NCBI RefSeq assembly: GCF_018350175.1 | Contig: NC_058383.1 | Location: 26,848,001 to 26,912,000, forward strand | Direction of reading: 5' to 3' | Length of the DNA: 64,000 nt | From: Felis catus | Taxonomy: Eukaryota | In this document: piece by piece, positions 48,661 to 62,350 of the stretch | Numbering within the stretch: position 1 is the stretch's first letter | How the letters are laid out: each line of letters starts with the position of its first letter | Translations under genes and position numbers: made by a program | Notes under the pieces: model-generated | Told to the model about the DNA's origin: nothing | Seen by the model: the letters and a program-made list of their open reading frames with translations, nothing else | Databases searched by the model: none

Positions 48661-49706
48661 TGTGAGCTCTTAACTTCATGCTCCTTCTAACCTGAAGAGA
48701 TTAACTGGCTAGATAATGGAAGGGGGTTGGGGGGGTGCATTGCTCACACAGAGGAGACTGTGGGAGCAGTGGGGCAGCCTAGAGAGATGGGAGGTACTTG
48801 GCTGGTAAATTAAGCTAACCTGCTTCTAAGCCTGATTCTACCACTTCCTACCTGTGTGACCTTGACTTAAACTCTCTAAAGCTCAGATGCCTCACTTATA
48901 AAATGATAATAGCAACCACACTTTCACTGAAAACAAATGTTAACCATGCCATGATAAATGGTAGTTATTATTAAAGAGAAGCACAGTAAAGAGGATCCCA
49001 GAGGGAGATGAATAAATTAAGCATGATGACACATTTTGCTTCTTACCCATCTTTCCCTTCTTCCCCCAGATTTGTTCAAGGCCTCATCATTACCGGTTTG
49101 CGTTTCTATTTTAATCATGTTATAGGTTTACAGTATTTTTCCCTCTGCATCTTTATATGCTATAATTTGGGTACTATTTTTACACAACGAGGCCATTTTT
49201 AACCAAGAACAGATTCAATTGTCTTTCAGCATATATCATTGTTTATCTTAATTAATGCTAAAATATTCTTAGGGGGAAAAACACATCCCACAGAGTATTA
49301 TGCAAGGAAACTTAGCATTCATTTTTGCCTCCCTCTTGTCTGGCATATCAATTTATAAAGGTTTTAGCATCCTGTTATTTCAATGACAACGCATGCTCTT
49401 AAACGCAGACACCCATCTGTGGGAATTAAGTCACAAGGTGTCAGCAGCAGGTTGGGAGATTAGCACCAGCAAGGTGTGCGTTGGGAGGTGGAACACTGAC
49501 AGCTGAAAGAAGAGGGTGACTCTGCTGGTGAGGAGAATAATACTAAGTGACGTCTGAAGTCGTAGGCTTTGTCTCCGATTGATCCACGGGAGCATTCCTG
49601 GAGTAGAGCTGAACCAATCTACAGTCTGGGCTTCAAGTGCCCTAGTGAAGTTGTTCTAGCTCTCCACCAGTGATAGGCATCCTCAGCATCCATTCTCCTT
49701 CCTTCT

Positions 49707-49922
49707 TTTTTCTTTTTAATGTTTATTTATTTTTGAGACAGAGAGAGACAGAGCATGAATGGGGCAGGGTCAGAGGGAGAAGGAGACACAGAATCTGAAG
49801 CAGGCTCCAGGCTCTGAGCTGTCAGCACAGACCCTGACGTGGGGCTTGAACTCACAGAGCGTGAGATCATGACCTGAGCCAAAGTCGGATGCTTAACCTA
49901 CTGAGCCACCCAGGCGCCTCCC
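49707..49922 (-). mobile_element. CAN-SINE (SINEC_Fc)
   Basis: TSD ttctccttccttct (49693-49706, 49924-49937). Confidence 0.95.
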
Positions 49923-49929
49923 GTTCTCC

Positions 49930-50440
49930 TTCCTTCTAATCAGATGCCCTGTTTATCCCTTGGGGAATAAGGGATTCCACACTCACCACACTCAGCCCAG
50001 GTGTTTTGAGAGAAGCTGTTTACCCCCTCTCCCCCCAGCTCCAGGTGTGGATGTGTGATGGAGAGTACCATTTCCCTGACCACAGTGATTGGTTAAGGGA
50101 TGACCATGTGACCCAGTCAGAGCCAATGGGATTCCATTTGGGGATTTGAGATGGAACCATTGGGAAAATGGGGTTCTCTGTCCATGGGGATGCCAACCTA
50201 GTAGTAGTATTACCCGGAACTGCCATCTTTACTATGAAAAAGGGAGAGGTTGCCTCAGATTGTAGTCAACATGAAAGACAGCCGAGTTGAGAGATAGAAG
50301 CAGATTCTTGGTGCCATTTCCTCAAGTCTTCCTTAAAGCCAGGCTACCATCTGGACCTTTCATGGAAGCCACTTAAAGTCCTTGTTTTGCTTAAGCTACA
50401 GTGGGCTGAGTTTTTGTCACTTGCAACCCAACGAATTCTG
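49930..50440 (+). mobile_element. Old MaLR (MLT1K/L-like) LTR
   Basis: 'ccacagtgattggtt...catgtgacccagtcagagccaatg' and the 3' end 'ttgcttaagcta...gtcacttgcaacc'. Confidence 0.65.
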
Positions 50441-50849
50441 AGGATTCAGTCTCTCTGGAGAACCGTGAGAAGCCACTTTACTCTGCTGATGGAAGGGGAA
50501 CCTGGTCTGAGGACATCTTTCACCCCAGACCTATTGGTCTTCCTAATAATGGGCAACAGTTTTGTATGTGGACAGTTCCATGCAGTCCCTAAATCATACA
50601 GTTCCTAAATCATACAGTTAGCCTAGATGTATTCCGAAAGGCTGGGTGACACCGAGATGTAAAATGTGGAACTTTACCAGGCGTAATGCTCTGGGGGTGG
50701 TTGAAAGAAAGCAAGTATGTCAGGAGTATGAAGGGCTTGGGCCAGGAAACTAGCCTGGTATGAAAGGGATATGCTGCAGATGATGTTCTAGGAGCCTGAC
50801 CTAAATGCAGATGTGAGAGTGGAGTTATGACAAGTGTCCACAGAACATC

Positions 50850-51040
50850 ACTAACTTTTACTGACAGTTTACCATGAACCAGGCAGTGTCCTAAATGCTT
50901 TACATGCAATGTATTTAATCTCCTCCACAATGCCATCATTTATGTGGTTTATTCTCTCCATTTTACAGGTAAGGAAACTGAGGCATCGAGAGGTAAAGTG
51001 ATTTGGTCAACCAGAGCCAGGATTTAAACTCCTGTCTGAC
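50850..51040 (-). mobile_element. MIR SINE
   Basis: 'ccattttacaggtaaggaaactgaggc'. Confidence 0.75.
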
Positions 51041-53539
51041 TAGTAGGTGGTGACATTGGGTTCTGGACTTCATATAGGGCTTTGGTTAATGGCTAGGGGA
51101 CATGGAAGAGGAGACAGTGTCTAGCCTCCCAAGGTCCCAGGGCTGCTAAAACTAAGCTTTTGGTCAGAGACTCAACTCTATAGGGGAACACCCTGATCCA
51201 TTGGGGAAGTGAGGATAATAGGGAAACTGAGCCAGGAGCCTGAGACCGAAGCCAACTCAATAGGGGTTCGTTGAGAGGACTGGCCTGGTGGGTCAACAGA
51301 CATCTAGGGGCTTGTGGCCAAAGATGGACACAAGGCACCAAAATGAACCCCTGGCCTCCTACCAGACATTGTTTAGGGTTGGCTCAGGGCTGGGAGTCTG
51401 ATGACAGAGATTGACAGACAGAAAAAGGGAAAGAAAGTCTTCCAGAGTTCTGAGGTTTAAAAAAAATGCCTTTTACTCATTGAATATTGCTTACAAATTA
51501 ATCATTATTAATCCTGGCCACTACTGGACGAGGCTCTTCTTCACACACCATGATCTGAGATTCAGATAGTCTGAGTTGTCTAGGATCACACAGGAGCTGA
51601 GCTGGCATTAGCTTGATCTGCTTTAACATAAAGATCTTCTATGGGGCCAGACTAAGTCTACATCTCCTCAAATTAAAAGCTCTGAATGGGTCCTCAGCTC
51701 CAAAAATACGAATCCTACAGATGGTGCACATGGTGATCCATGCAAGGCAGGGTTCTAAGCTCAGATTATTTCATTTCATGCCTAGAACAATGCTAGGATG
51801 TTTCTTTCACTAAGTATCATCACCACCACAGTGATCATTGCTATCTCTGTTTTACTATTGAGGAAACAGACTCAGAAAGATAACTTGGCCTTGATTTGGC
51901 CAAGATCACAAAGCTTGCAAATGCAGAATCAGAATCTGAACCCAGGCAGCCTGCACTTTCAGACGTGCCACAGCTTTTAACCAGGACACCTGTACCTACA
52001 CACTGTGCCTCAGTTTCTCCAGCTGTAAAAGTAAGTGGAGAGTTAAGAATGCCCCCCCCCTTCTAAAGTTATCGGGAGAACAACACAAACTAAAACATAC
52101 AAAGGGCTCACAAGAGTGCTTTTACTATGGTTATTTCCATTTTTGCATTACCCTGTCCAAAAGGACACTTCACCCTTTCCCATGGCTAATCCTCGATGCT
52201 CAAGTATGCCTCGAGAAAGGCACAATGGTTGCATGCACTGGGGCCTCTGAGGGTAATCCTGAGGCAAGAGATAAAAAAAGCTCACTTGACATAACTTCAT
52301 AAACCCATTTTAATCCAGACATTGATTTTCCTTTGGAATAATCCCCTTCCCGTTCACACGTGTGGTCCCTGCACATCTCTAATACAGACGTGAGTATCGA
52401 TAACATTATTGAGATAAAACAGTTGCTTCTTTCTTGTTCCTTTTATTCATCGGTCACCCCGGGCCTGTCTTTGCCTTTTCATTCTGTTACCCAGCACCAC
52501 TCACTAGAGAGCCTTCCTGTTCCCTCACCAGCCTTAACTCAAGGTGAAGATTTCACATAACGACACCTGGTAAAATACGGGAGATTTAAGCAAATTCAAC
52601 TGGAAATAATGTGAAAAAATATTATTTGCCCCAGACACGTGCCTCTCTTTTGATCTGCCTTGTCCAGGATACATTTTTTAAAAAATGCTCCTTTGATAGC
52701 AAGAAGCAAGCAGATGTTGAAAGGAAACCTCACGCCTTTGTTGGGAAATAATTAGTCTGATCGAGTTGCTTGCTTTCTGATGGACAAAGGAGTCTTTAAA
52801 GAAAATCATTTGTGTTTTCTGAGCCCCTTTTGACAACACAGCTTTCTTAGGTTTGGGCTTCTCATTGAGAGTTTGGGGAATGGAAAATTTTCCTGAATAA
52901 GAAATCAGAAAGCTTGACCTACACAGTTACCTCTCTCTTAACATGACAACAATTGGCAATTACTTTTTGATCCAAAGTATGAGGATGAATATGGAGAGGT
53001 AGGGGGAGTCACTCTCCTTACCAGACTCAGGCTCGCATCAGCCTGGCACCTGAAGCCAATTTTCTTTTTCAGTCCCCAAGATTCAACAGAATCTATAGCT
53101 GGAAATACCTACATTAGCTGCAGCTGGGGGTGGGGGTGGGGACCCGTTGGCAAATTCATGAATCAGGCTTTCTTTTATTCTCTCGTGGAAGGTATCTCTT
53201 CTGTTGGATCAAGGATGATTTGGAATCTTGGGTAAGCATGCCGTGGAAGTTGCTTCAGCCAGCCCGTCTGTGATGAAGTGTGGGCATCTGCACATGGTTC
53301 CAGGGTCTCAGAGACACCGATGGCTCTCATGATGACAGAACATTATGTTTGATGCATGATCATGGTGGTCTGCTGCTCTGGGTTGGAGAGACAGACTCTG
53401 AAATCCATCAGACCTGTGTTCAGACCCTGCTTGCTCTGTGCCTTGGAACTGATTGCATATGTTCTCTGATATTTAGTGTTCTTGCCTGTAAAACAGGAAA
53501 ATAGGAATACCTATCTTGCAGAGCAGAGGGTGGGGGTGG

Positions 53540-53700
53540 GGGTAGGGGGGCTGTCCCATCCCTGGCCTCTACCCACTAGATGCCAGTATCACAATCTCTT
53601 TACCCCCAACTCCAGTTTTGACAACCAAAAATGTCTCCAGACATTGTCAAATGTCTCCAGGGAGGACAGGCTCTTCTCCCTCTCCTCACTGAGAACTTAT
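53540..53700. mobile_element. MER20 fragment inserted in a MIR
   Basis: 'catccctggcctctacccactagatgccagta...gacaaccaaaaatgtctccagacattg'. Confidence 0.7.
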
Positions 53701-54315
53701 GCGGTGGAGCCATTCTCAAAGTGGAATGAAATGACCCCTATAAAGCTCCCACACACTGCTTAGTAGATACCACAAAGTAAGTGCTCAACAAACATTAGTT
53801 ACTAATATATTAATAAAACTGCAAATAGAAACCTAACACAATGTTCTTTTTCCCCTTGAGGATTCTTAGGGAATCCCTGGCTCTCTAGGGTCCCCAAATT
53901 CTCCAGTATTAGATAGGAATTCCCCAGCTGCCTCACCCACCACTGGAAACATATTTTGGTTCCTGGCAAAGCCACCAGCTGCTGGGAGCAGAGAAATAGA
54001 TTCTCAGGTAGTTCTGTGAATGAGTGTTGTCATGTCAACTTGGTCCAAAGGAAGTAAAAAGAACTCTAGAAAAGGGTAGTGAAAGGAGAAAATAGATTCT
54101 CCATGAGTGGTGACAGCATCACTGAAGATCTGAGTTACTGGAAGCATCCATGCATTGGTGACAGAGCTACCCCTCAGTGGTTGGAGGGGAAATGGAGGCA
54201 GTGGTTTGGATTGCAGAGGGCGAAACAGGTAATCAGCTTTCCACTTCTGTATTTTAGTTTCAGCTTCCTTCCTCAGTTGGTGGACTGCTCAAAATAGTTA
54301 ACATTATTTGACTGT

Positions 54316-54702
54316 AGCTACGGGACTGAACTGTGTCCCGCTAAAATCTGTGTGTAGAAGCTCTAACCCCCAGTAAGACAGTATTTGGAGATAGGGCCTT
54401 CAGATAGGTAATCAAGGTTAAATGAGATCATAAGAGTAGGACCATAATCTGATTAATAGGACTTTTGTCTTATGAGAAGAGGAAGAGACACCCAGCTCCC
54501 ACTCTGTGCGTGGAGGGAAGGCCAGGTGCACACATCGTGAGAAGGTGGTGGTCTGCAGGCCAGGAAGAGAGGTCTCACCAGAAACCGAATTCTCCAGCAC
54601 TTTGATGAACTCCTAGACTCTAAAACTGTGAGGACATTAATGTCTGTTGATCTGCCACCCAGTCTGTGTGGTATCTTGTTAGGGAGCCTGAGCTATAGTA
54701 CA
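54316..54702 (+). mobile_element. MaLR solo LTR (MLT1A0-like)
   Basis: 'gactgaactgtgtccc...gtatttggagatagggcctt...ggtaatcaaggttaaatgagatcataag...ctcaccagaaaccga'. Confidence 0.85.
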
Positions 54703-55779
54703 AATACTTACCACGTGCCTGGTATAATTGCTCATTTCATTCCCAGAACAAACTTTACAGGTGGGTACTCCTCTCTCCAGGCCCCCCTCACCCCTCCCCC
54801 CTTTTTATAGAAGAGGAAATAAATTCAGAGGGGTCAAAAACTTGCCTAGTGTCACACAGCTAGAAAATGAACTGCTAGGACTTGAATCCAGGCCCGTCCA
54901 TCTTCAGAGTCCAGCTCCTTAACCACCAAGCTATCTGAACATGGGTTGTACAAGCCCCACACTACCACTTAGAAAATGTTTACATTGCACCAGCCCTGGT
55001 GTAAAGGCTTTAAACGCATTAGCTCTTTTAATCCGCAGCACAATTCTATGAGGAGGCCCCTTTACTATGCCGTTTTACATATGAGGAAACCAAGGGAGGC
55101 TTGCAGGGCCACAGCTTAACCTAATGGCTCCCCAGCCTGGTTTGTGGTTGCTACAGGGAACTCTAGCTACATCCCTGCTTTGGAATTTCTGGGCAGGGAG
55201 AAATGGGCTGATTCTTGGTTTTTAGATGTCATAGGAACAGTTGGCTTTTACTGTCTCTATAGTTATAATCCTACCAAGGATTCTGAGGATGAGTGGCAGG
55301 GAGAACATTGAGGGTGAAGGACTCAGGAAGCCTTGAGCAGGGGTGAGTTCACTCCAGGGCAAGAGTCAGCAAATGCTATTAGTAGCTACACGGTGGCTTC
55401 TCAGGAATCTGCATATATGCAAATTAAAGCAGAGGCCTCAGCCGAAGGAAGGGGAGTGAACTCAGTCACCCCCACCTCATTCCAAGTTATGTCTTTTTCC
55501 AGCTGGGGGCTTAGCAAAAAATTGCCTCTCCCTCCTTCACATCTCTCCAAGGACAATGGATAATAATAATTCAAAGCAGAGCAAAAGAGCCTATATTTGC
55601 ATGGTGCAAATCTCCATGTGTTCTGAAGTTGCTGGATTTTACCTTCAAATCACCATGGGTGGCAGATGCTTTCTGACAGATAAAGTCAAGACGCAGAAGT
55701 CAGGACACTGGACCTCAGACTCACTGTATTTTCCCCAGGTGCTACCATTTGGCTGGTGGTAGTGCTGTGGCATTGTGGC

Positions 55780-56010
55780 ATCTCATCATGGTTAAGGGCA
55801 GGAGTTTGGAGACAGGCAGACCTAGCCTTGAATCCTAAATTCATCTGTCTGACTTTGGATACATTACCTGACCTCTTTGAAGGTGCTTTTTTTTTCTTAA
55901 GAGGAAATGAAGATGGAGATAATAATGATCTCCCAGGGTCAGTCACATACTATTTGAGGTTATATACGGAAAGCGTAGTACTTGGCACATGATAGATGTT
56001 TAATGGTTGT
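55780..56010 (+). mobile_element. MIR SINE
   Basis: 'catggttaagggcaggagtttggagacaggcagacct...cttggcacatgatagatg'. Confidence 0.65.
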
Positions 56011-56704
56011 TTTCTTTGTTCTCAGTGGTTGAGAACTTTCCAGAAGGTATGAAATCAGTGCTTTTTTTCAATACTTTTGATCTTTGGGTATTTCCAGATT
56101 ATAGGGTTTTCTGAGGGATCTTGGGAATCACTCTTAATTTGTCTGGGACTTCCCTTGGGTAGGGAAGATAACATAGTTCCCAACTAGGCAGTATTTGATG
56201 TTGGCCAACAATTTTGATGGCGCAGAGTCAACATAGCATACTGTTTATGAACCTAGGCTTGAAGGAGACTCCAGTCCCCACTCAGTACCTGCTAGTTGTA
56301 CAACTATGGGCATATGTGTTTTTGGGTTGTTGTGAGAAGTCAATGGGCTGAGGCATATGATACACTTAGCATGACTGGCACACAGTAACTGGGTGGGGCT
56401 GGCTCAGTCTTCCCACCAACCCCTCCATCCATTCTAATTTCCTCCCAGTGGAGGTGGTTATAAGTAGCCCCACACATGGGTTGGATTTCCTCTCTCTTCC
56501 TCGTTCTCTTCCCTATTGGGGAAGGACTAAAAACGTCCATTGGTTTTCCTGAAATGACCCACCATGGTTGCTGTGCTCACCTGGGTTGTATCAATATTCA
56601 TCCTTCCTTTCATTCACCTTCCTCCTTTTCTTGGAAAGGAATTTTACATCAAATAGTAAGGATTTCTCCTCTAAAGCCACAGATCTGATGCATGGGAAAA
56701 TTTA

Positions 56705-56739
<35 letters not shown>

Positions 56740-57254
56740 TTTGAGCCACTTTATGATGGCTAAGACACTTAGACTTCCCCCAAGTTTAGTTACACTCATG
56801 ATATCAGCATGGGATCTGGTGTCAAGAAATTGGGGATTCTAGGGCTACCTTTGCCTCTTGCAGTGGGTAAGTTGAGGAGGGCATCCCTTTCCACGCTGAG
56901 CCTCAGTTTTGACACTCCCATGGAGCTGAAAGACAAGACAATGTCTAAAATCCATGCTCCCTTGGGTATTCTGTGTTTCTGCCATTCCCTTGATAACCGG
57001 GGATAAAGTTGATCATTCTCTAGACCCAGGATGATGAAGCACTCACACCATATCCTGTGTATCATCCACTTCCCTGCCCTGCTTCTGATTAGAAAGATTT
57101 ATGACAAATGATGGTATGTTCTTCCCAAAACTCACTTTATTTACATCCGACCACATCCCTCACAGTGGATGATGGTGGTTAAGAGGAGGGGGTTTAGTGT
57201 TCAAATTCCATTCCTGCCACTTACTAGCTATGAGACTAAGACCTGTTACTTCTT

Positions 57255-58200
57255 CACTATTCATGCATTCATCCACTCATTCCATAAGCAAATACTGAGA
57301 GATGCTGTTAGTGCTGTGGATACAATGACAAGAAGGGCAGACCCCATCCCTTTCTTCAAAGGGTACAACCCAGTGCCAAAGACAGCATTAACAAAGAGTG
57401 ACCTGTGCCAGGATATGGGAAGACTTAATGCCAGAAGGTCACATAGCAGAAACCCCTAATGTAGTCTGAGCAGTGTGGAAGGTCTGAGAAAGCTTCCCAG
57501 TGGAAGGAAACAGAAGAGAGCCATATGCCAGGCAAAGAAACTTGCATATATGGCAGCCAGGGGCTAGAGAGAGTGGGGTGCCTTACACTCCAAATTAAAC
57601 TGAGGAAAGTTCCTATGGAAGAAAGTGGGTATGGAGTGCGTGGCAGAGAGGAGAACAGCGAGAGCTGGGTCTAAAGAGATCATGAGGGTCAGGTCATGAA
57701 AGAGATTTGTAAACCATTTTAGGGAGGATAACCCTTAATCCTTAGAGCAACAGGAACCACGCAGACAATTGTAAGAAGGGGGTGACATGATCATATTTTT
57801 ATTTTGAAAAAGTCAGCTGCACTGTGGAGAATGGTTTCTGTGGAAGGAGAGAAAAGAAAGAATGAACTGGAGGATGTACCAATAATCTAGGCCAGACACT
57901 GCTGGAACGAAGGCTCTCTTGGAGGTCCAGACTTGACAAGTTTTGTTTCTCTATGTATCCCAGGTGCTCAGGGCACAGCCTAGTGCACACTGGGCAATCA
58001 GACATCGTTTGCCAGACCAGAGCGTTGGCAGTGGGGATGGAGAGAGGTGTGTGGATTTGAGACCCAGTTTGTGGGCCAAAGGAGCAGAATTATTAATTGA
58101 TTGTATGAGAGTTAAAAATGATTCCCGTTCTTCTGGTTTGGACAGCAGAGGAGGGGGGGGGGAGAGAAGAGGCTAACATTCTCTGAGATGGAGAATCCTT
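57255..58200 (-). mobile_element. L2 LINE fragments
   Basis: 'attcatgcattcatccactcattcc' L2 tail followed by purine-rich L2-like body. Confidence 0.55.
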
Positions 58201-59029
58201 AACCTCTCCAAGCCTCAGTTTTTCACCTGTGAAATGGGACCAATATCGCACGTTTCACGAGTGTGTGCAGGGGGTGGCCTGGTGCCTGGTGCGTGCAAGG
58301 TGATCAGTGTGGCGGTCATGCGTCCTCCATGCTTAGACCTCACCTCTCCAGAATGCAGGTCTCTTGAGGTTAAGAACGAAGAACCCACACATGTCCCCAG
58401 GGTCTCCAGGTTTGACGTCCCCACAGAGATGGTGGCTGCAACAGCAGCAGCCGCAGCAGCAGTGGCAGCACACGTGAAATTTGAACAGCCAGGAAATGAA
58501 ACAAGCAACTGAGATTGCTAATTGGAGTTTATTTTCTAAAAATGAGCTGTGATTCCCAGTACGGCTCAGTCACCTGCAAACCTGGTCCTTGATGAGCTAT
58601 TCTGCTCTTTGCCGACTTGAAGGATTTCAGTGGACGCAGGAGTAGGTTTGTGGTGAGGCATTCTGCAGTGAAAGGGTATTTGGGGAGTGGGACACAGGGG
58701 GGAGCCTCAGAAAGGAAGTGAATTTGTTTTTCCTTCCAGGGAGGAGGAATCCTACCTGCTCTTGGGCAGGGTGGTGCCCTTGAGCTGGTTTCCTATGGAA
58801 AAGATGTAACTGCTGATGCCTGGAGAGGCTCAGAGGGTCCCACAGAGCCACCACCACCCTCTTTTCCTCCTGGCCACTCAGTGAATGGAGACCAAGCAAC
58901 AACACCCCACCATGTAGCACACAGTCCTAGTACTGGGGTGACTGAGGTGAACAACACGCAGCCCCTGCCTTTCGCAGGGGAAACAGCCCAGTAGACAGGT
59001 TGTAATTACAACCTCATTTGATGGGTGTA

Positions 59030-59475
59030 CGTATTAGCTTCCTGGGGCTGCTTTAGCAGATGACCACACACCTGGATGGCTTAAAACAACAGAAATTTCT
59101 TCTTTCACAATCCTGGAGGCTAGACACTCAAAAGCAAAGGCGTCAGCCAGGCCATGCTCTCTCTTAACGCTCTAGAGGAAGGTCCTTCCTTGCCTCCTCT
59201 TAGCTTCTGATGTTACTAACAATTCTCAGCTCTTCTTGGATTGTAGACGCATCCCTCCACTCGCTGCCTCTTTCCCCCTGCATGCCTGTGTCTCTTCCCC
59301 TCTTCTAATGAGGACACCAGTCATTGGATTTAGAGTTCACCCTCCTTCAAGACGACCTCACCTTAACTCAGTTGCAGCTGCAAAGACCCTATTTCCAAAT
59401 AAGGTCATACTGACAGGTACCAGGGTTTAGGATTTGAGTGTATCTTTCTGTGGAGGCACAACTCAACCCATGACA
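59030..59475 (-). mobile_element. MaLR solo LTR (MLT1C-like), full length
   Basis: Perfect 5-bp TSD GTGTA (59025-59029, 59476-59480); 'ggcttaaaacaacagaaattt', 'ccctatttccaaataaggtca'. Confidence 0.9.
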
Positions 59476-60494
59476 GTGTAAGTAAAGACCTGCTTGATAT
59501 TGTCTATCAGAGTTCACCTTGTTACAAGTGCTATGGGGAAGAACTCCCACAATGTAATCTGCCCTTCCTTCCTTCATTCCTTCCCTTGTTCCTTTCCTCC
59601 TCCCTCCTTCCCATCTGTTATGTTTTCACTTCTTTCTTCCCCTCTGTATTCTGGGCAACACATACCCGTTGGTCGTCCTCTGTGTATTACGTAGTGTGCT
59701 GAACACTGATGATGGAGAGGGGGCCAGAACAGACCAGGCTCTGACCTCTGAAGTTTGCAAGGCTGTGGGGGAAGAGACAGTAACAAAACATTCACACAAA
59801 TACATGAAAATGACAACAGGGATGACTGGGATAAGAGCCCTTCTGAATACTCAAGCTGACATCTTGAACAGACTTCCTGGGGGAGGTTAAGGTCATGATG
59901 ATCAGTCTCTAAGCTATAGACTGTTGCTGTAGTTCTGCCCCATAAACTTTATTGTCTCCTCTTCAAGGTACAGGAAAGGTTACATATTTACTAGGGACCA
60001 TCTGCATGGAACGTTCTGGCTAGAGAATGGTATGAGGAAGGGACCTTCCATTAGCAGACTAAACCCTGCTGTTACCCAAACCAAATCCCAAAAGCTGGGA
60101 TTTGGAATGTGGATACAACCACGAGAGTGCCTCTGGAAGGAACTACTAGAACATAATGATAAACTGACCATCACACTACAACCTGAGGCCAGGACATTAT
60201 AAATGGTGTAGCAGCATCCTGGGTAGTGGAAACACCCACAAACCTCAGATTTCCCAGGGCCTGGGATTTCTCCAGATTTCTGGATTTCCCAGATTTCTCC
60301 CTGACCCTTGGGCAGCTATGGAGAAACCAAAAGGTTTGTGGCAAGGAATATGGTGCTAGGGTACATGGGATGTGGGAACAAATGACAGGTTTGGCTTAGT
60401 CAGGGGAGGTGGAGGGCTTCCTAGGAAGTGATGATTGCTCTCCATTTCTCAGGCCCATGAAAACAGAGCTGGTAATAAAAGGGGAGACTTTACC

Positions 60495-60785
60495 CATGCA
60501 CATCACAACATGGGTGGATCTCTAGGAATTACACACAAAGGAGTTCATGTTGAATTATTTCAGCATATGAAATTCTAGAAAAGACAAATACAATCTATAG
60601 TGATAGAAAACACTGAGGAGGGATTGTCTAGGAAGGAGCATGGGGAACTTTGGGGGGATATTGAAATGCTCTTTATCTTGATTATTGCGATAGCGACAAA
60701 GGTTGTATGTGTCAAAACTCACCAACATGTACTCTTAAAATGGGTGCATTTTATCAGAGGTAAAATATACCTCAATCAAATGGAT
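60495..60785 (+). mobile_element. Ancient L1 (L1ME-like) 3' UTR fragment
   Basis: 'aacatgggtggatctc...tgtcaaaactcacc...tacttcttaaaatgggtgcatttta'-like L1 3' text. Confidence 0.6.
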
Positions 60786-61769
60786 CTTGAAATATGCAGG
60801 TCATATCCTTTCTTGTTTTAATCCTGGGGGTCAAAACCATAGTAGAAACAATCCCAATATTTCCCAAAGGTCATTTGGTCTTGTATGGCATGATGTCAGA
60901 GGGGGGAAAGAATCCCTAGACAATCAGGATCAAACCCATCATTTTATACACGAAGAGATTGAACTCAGAGAGGGGTAGTGATGAGGCCAAAGGCACAGAG
61001 GTCAGAAGGATGTACTATAGGTTGGGAAAACCTGGATGGCTGGAAGGGGACAGAATGGCATGTTCTTAGGTGACCCAACCCACCACTGAGATCAGAGGAG
61101 TTAAATCTGAGGTCATCCAGCTCATCAGATTTGGGACTGACATCCTACATGTGGCCAGTTGCACGTCTGGAACACAAGCTAGCCATCCCCTTCTTTCTGT
61201 CCTTAGCCTTTCTGTGAAGCCTTCCATTGGCCCATTCAGACTGTCTGCCTCTCACAGCTCACCTACAATAGTCACACACCTAGTTTGCATTTATTTTTAT
61301 CTCTCTTTACAGAGATTCTTTCACATCAGGTATGTCTTGATGTAAATCTGTGGTCTCAGCAGTCTGGGTCTATTTGGGATCAGTTTGCACTCAGAAATCG
61401 GTTGGGGCTCAGCATCATGCAATGGAGGAAGTTATAAGCCAAGAATCATTGTGTAGAGCACAGTCCTTCAACTTGGTACATATCAGAATTAAAGTCTAGA
61501 TTCCTGGGATGCATGTCCCATGATTTTGATTCACTGGGCTTGGATTGTGCCTGGGAATCTGCATTTGTATCCTGCACTCCAGGTGATTCTGATGGAGGCA
61601 GTTTGAAGACAAGGTCCTCCAGGTAACCTCTGGATTAAACCAGGGAAAGAGAAAACTAGATTTGGGTTGTTGACTGGCCAGTGGACTCTCAATGTAACCC
61701 AAATTCAAAAGCAGATTTTTTTGTCCCTATGTCCAAAGTGAGGTAATGAGAAAGTAACAATTACAACAA

Positions 61770-61978
61770 GGGGCGTCTGGGTGGCTCCATCGGTCGAGCA
61801 TCTGACTTCAGCTCAGGTCATGATCTTGCAGTTCATAGGTTCAAGCCGTGCGTCAGGCTGTGTGCTCACAGCTCAGACCCTGGAGCCTGCTTTGGATTCT
61901 GTGTCTCCCTCTCTCTCTGCCCCTCCCCTGCTCATGCTCTCTCTCTCAAAAATAAATAAACATTAAAAAAATTAAAAA
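61770..61978 (+). mobile_element. CAN-SINE (SINEC_Fc)
   Basis: Full head, body, CT tract and tail. Confidence 0.95.
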
Positions 61979-62350
61979 GCTTTATTGAGACATAATTCAC
62001 ATACCATATAAGTCATTCATTTAAAGTGTACAATTCACTGTTTTTAGTATATTCACAGAATGTGCAACCATCACGACAATCAATACTAAAACATTTCCTT
62101 TATCTCCTCCCCCCAAACCCCATATGCCCCAGAGTCACTTTCCATTTCCCCTCAACACCCACTACCCCTAGGCAACCGCGAATCTACTTTGTCTCAATAG
62201 ACTTGCCTATTCTGGGCATTTTGTATAAATGGAATCAAACAGTATATGGCCTTTTCTGACTGGCTTCTTACACCTGGCATACTGTTTTCAAGATTCATCC
62301 ATGTTGTAGCATGTGTTGGTAATACTTCATGTCTTCTTATTGTCACATAT
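61979..62350 (-). mobile_element. L1MB-type 3' end
   Basis: 'gctttattgagacataattcacataccata...tttaaagtgtacaattca' antisense L1MB terminus. Confidence 0.85.

Noticed and set aside
58585..58635. Possible C/D box snoRNA (TGATGA)
   Set aside because: No properly placed CTGA D box or terminal stem.
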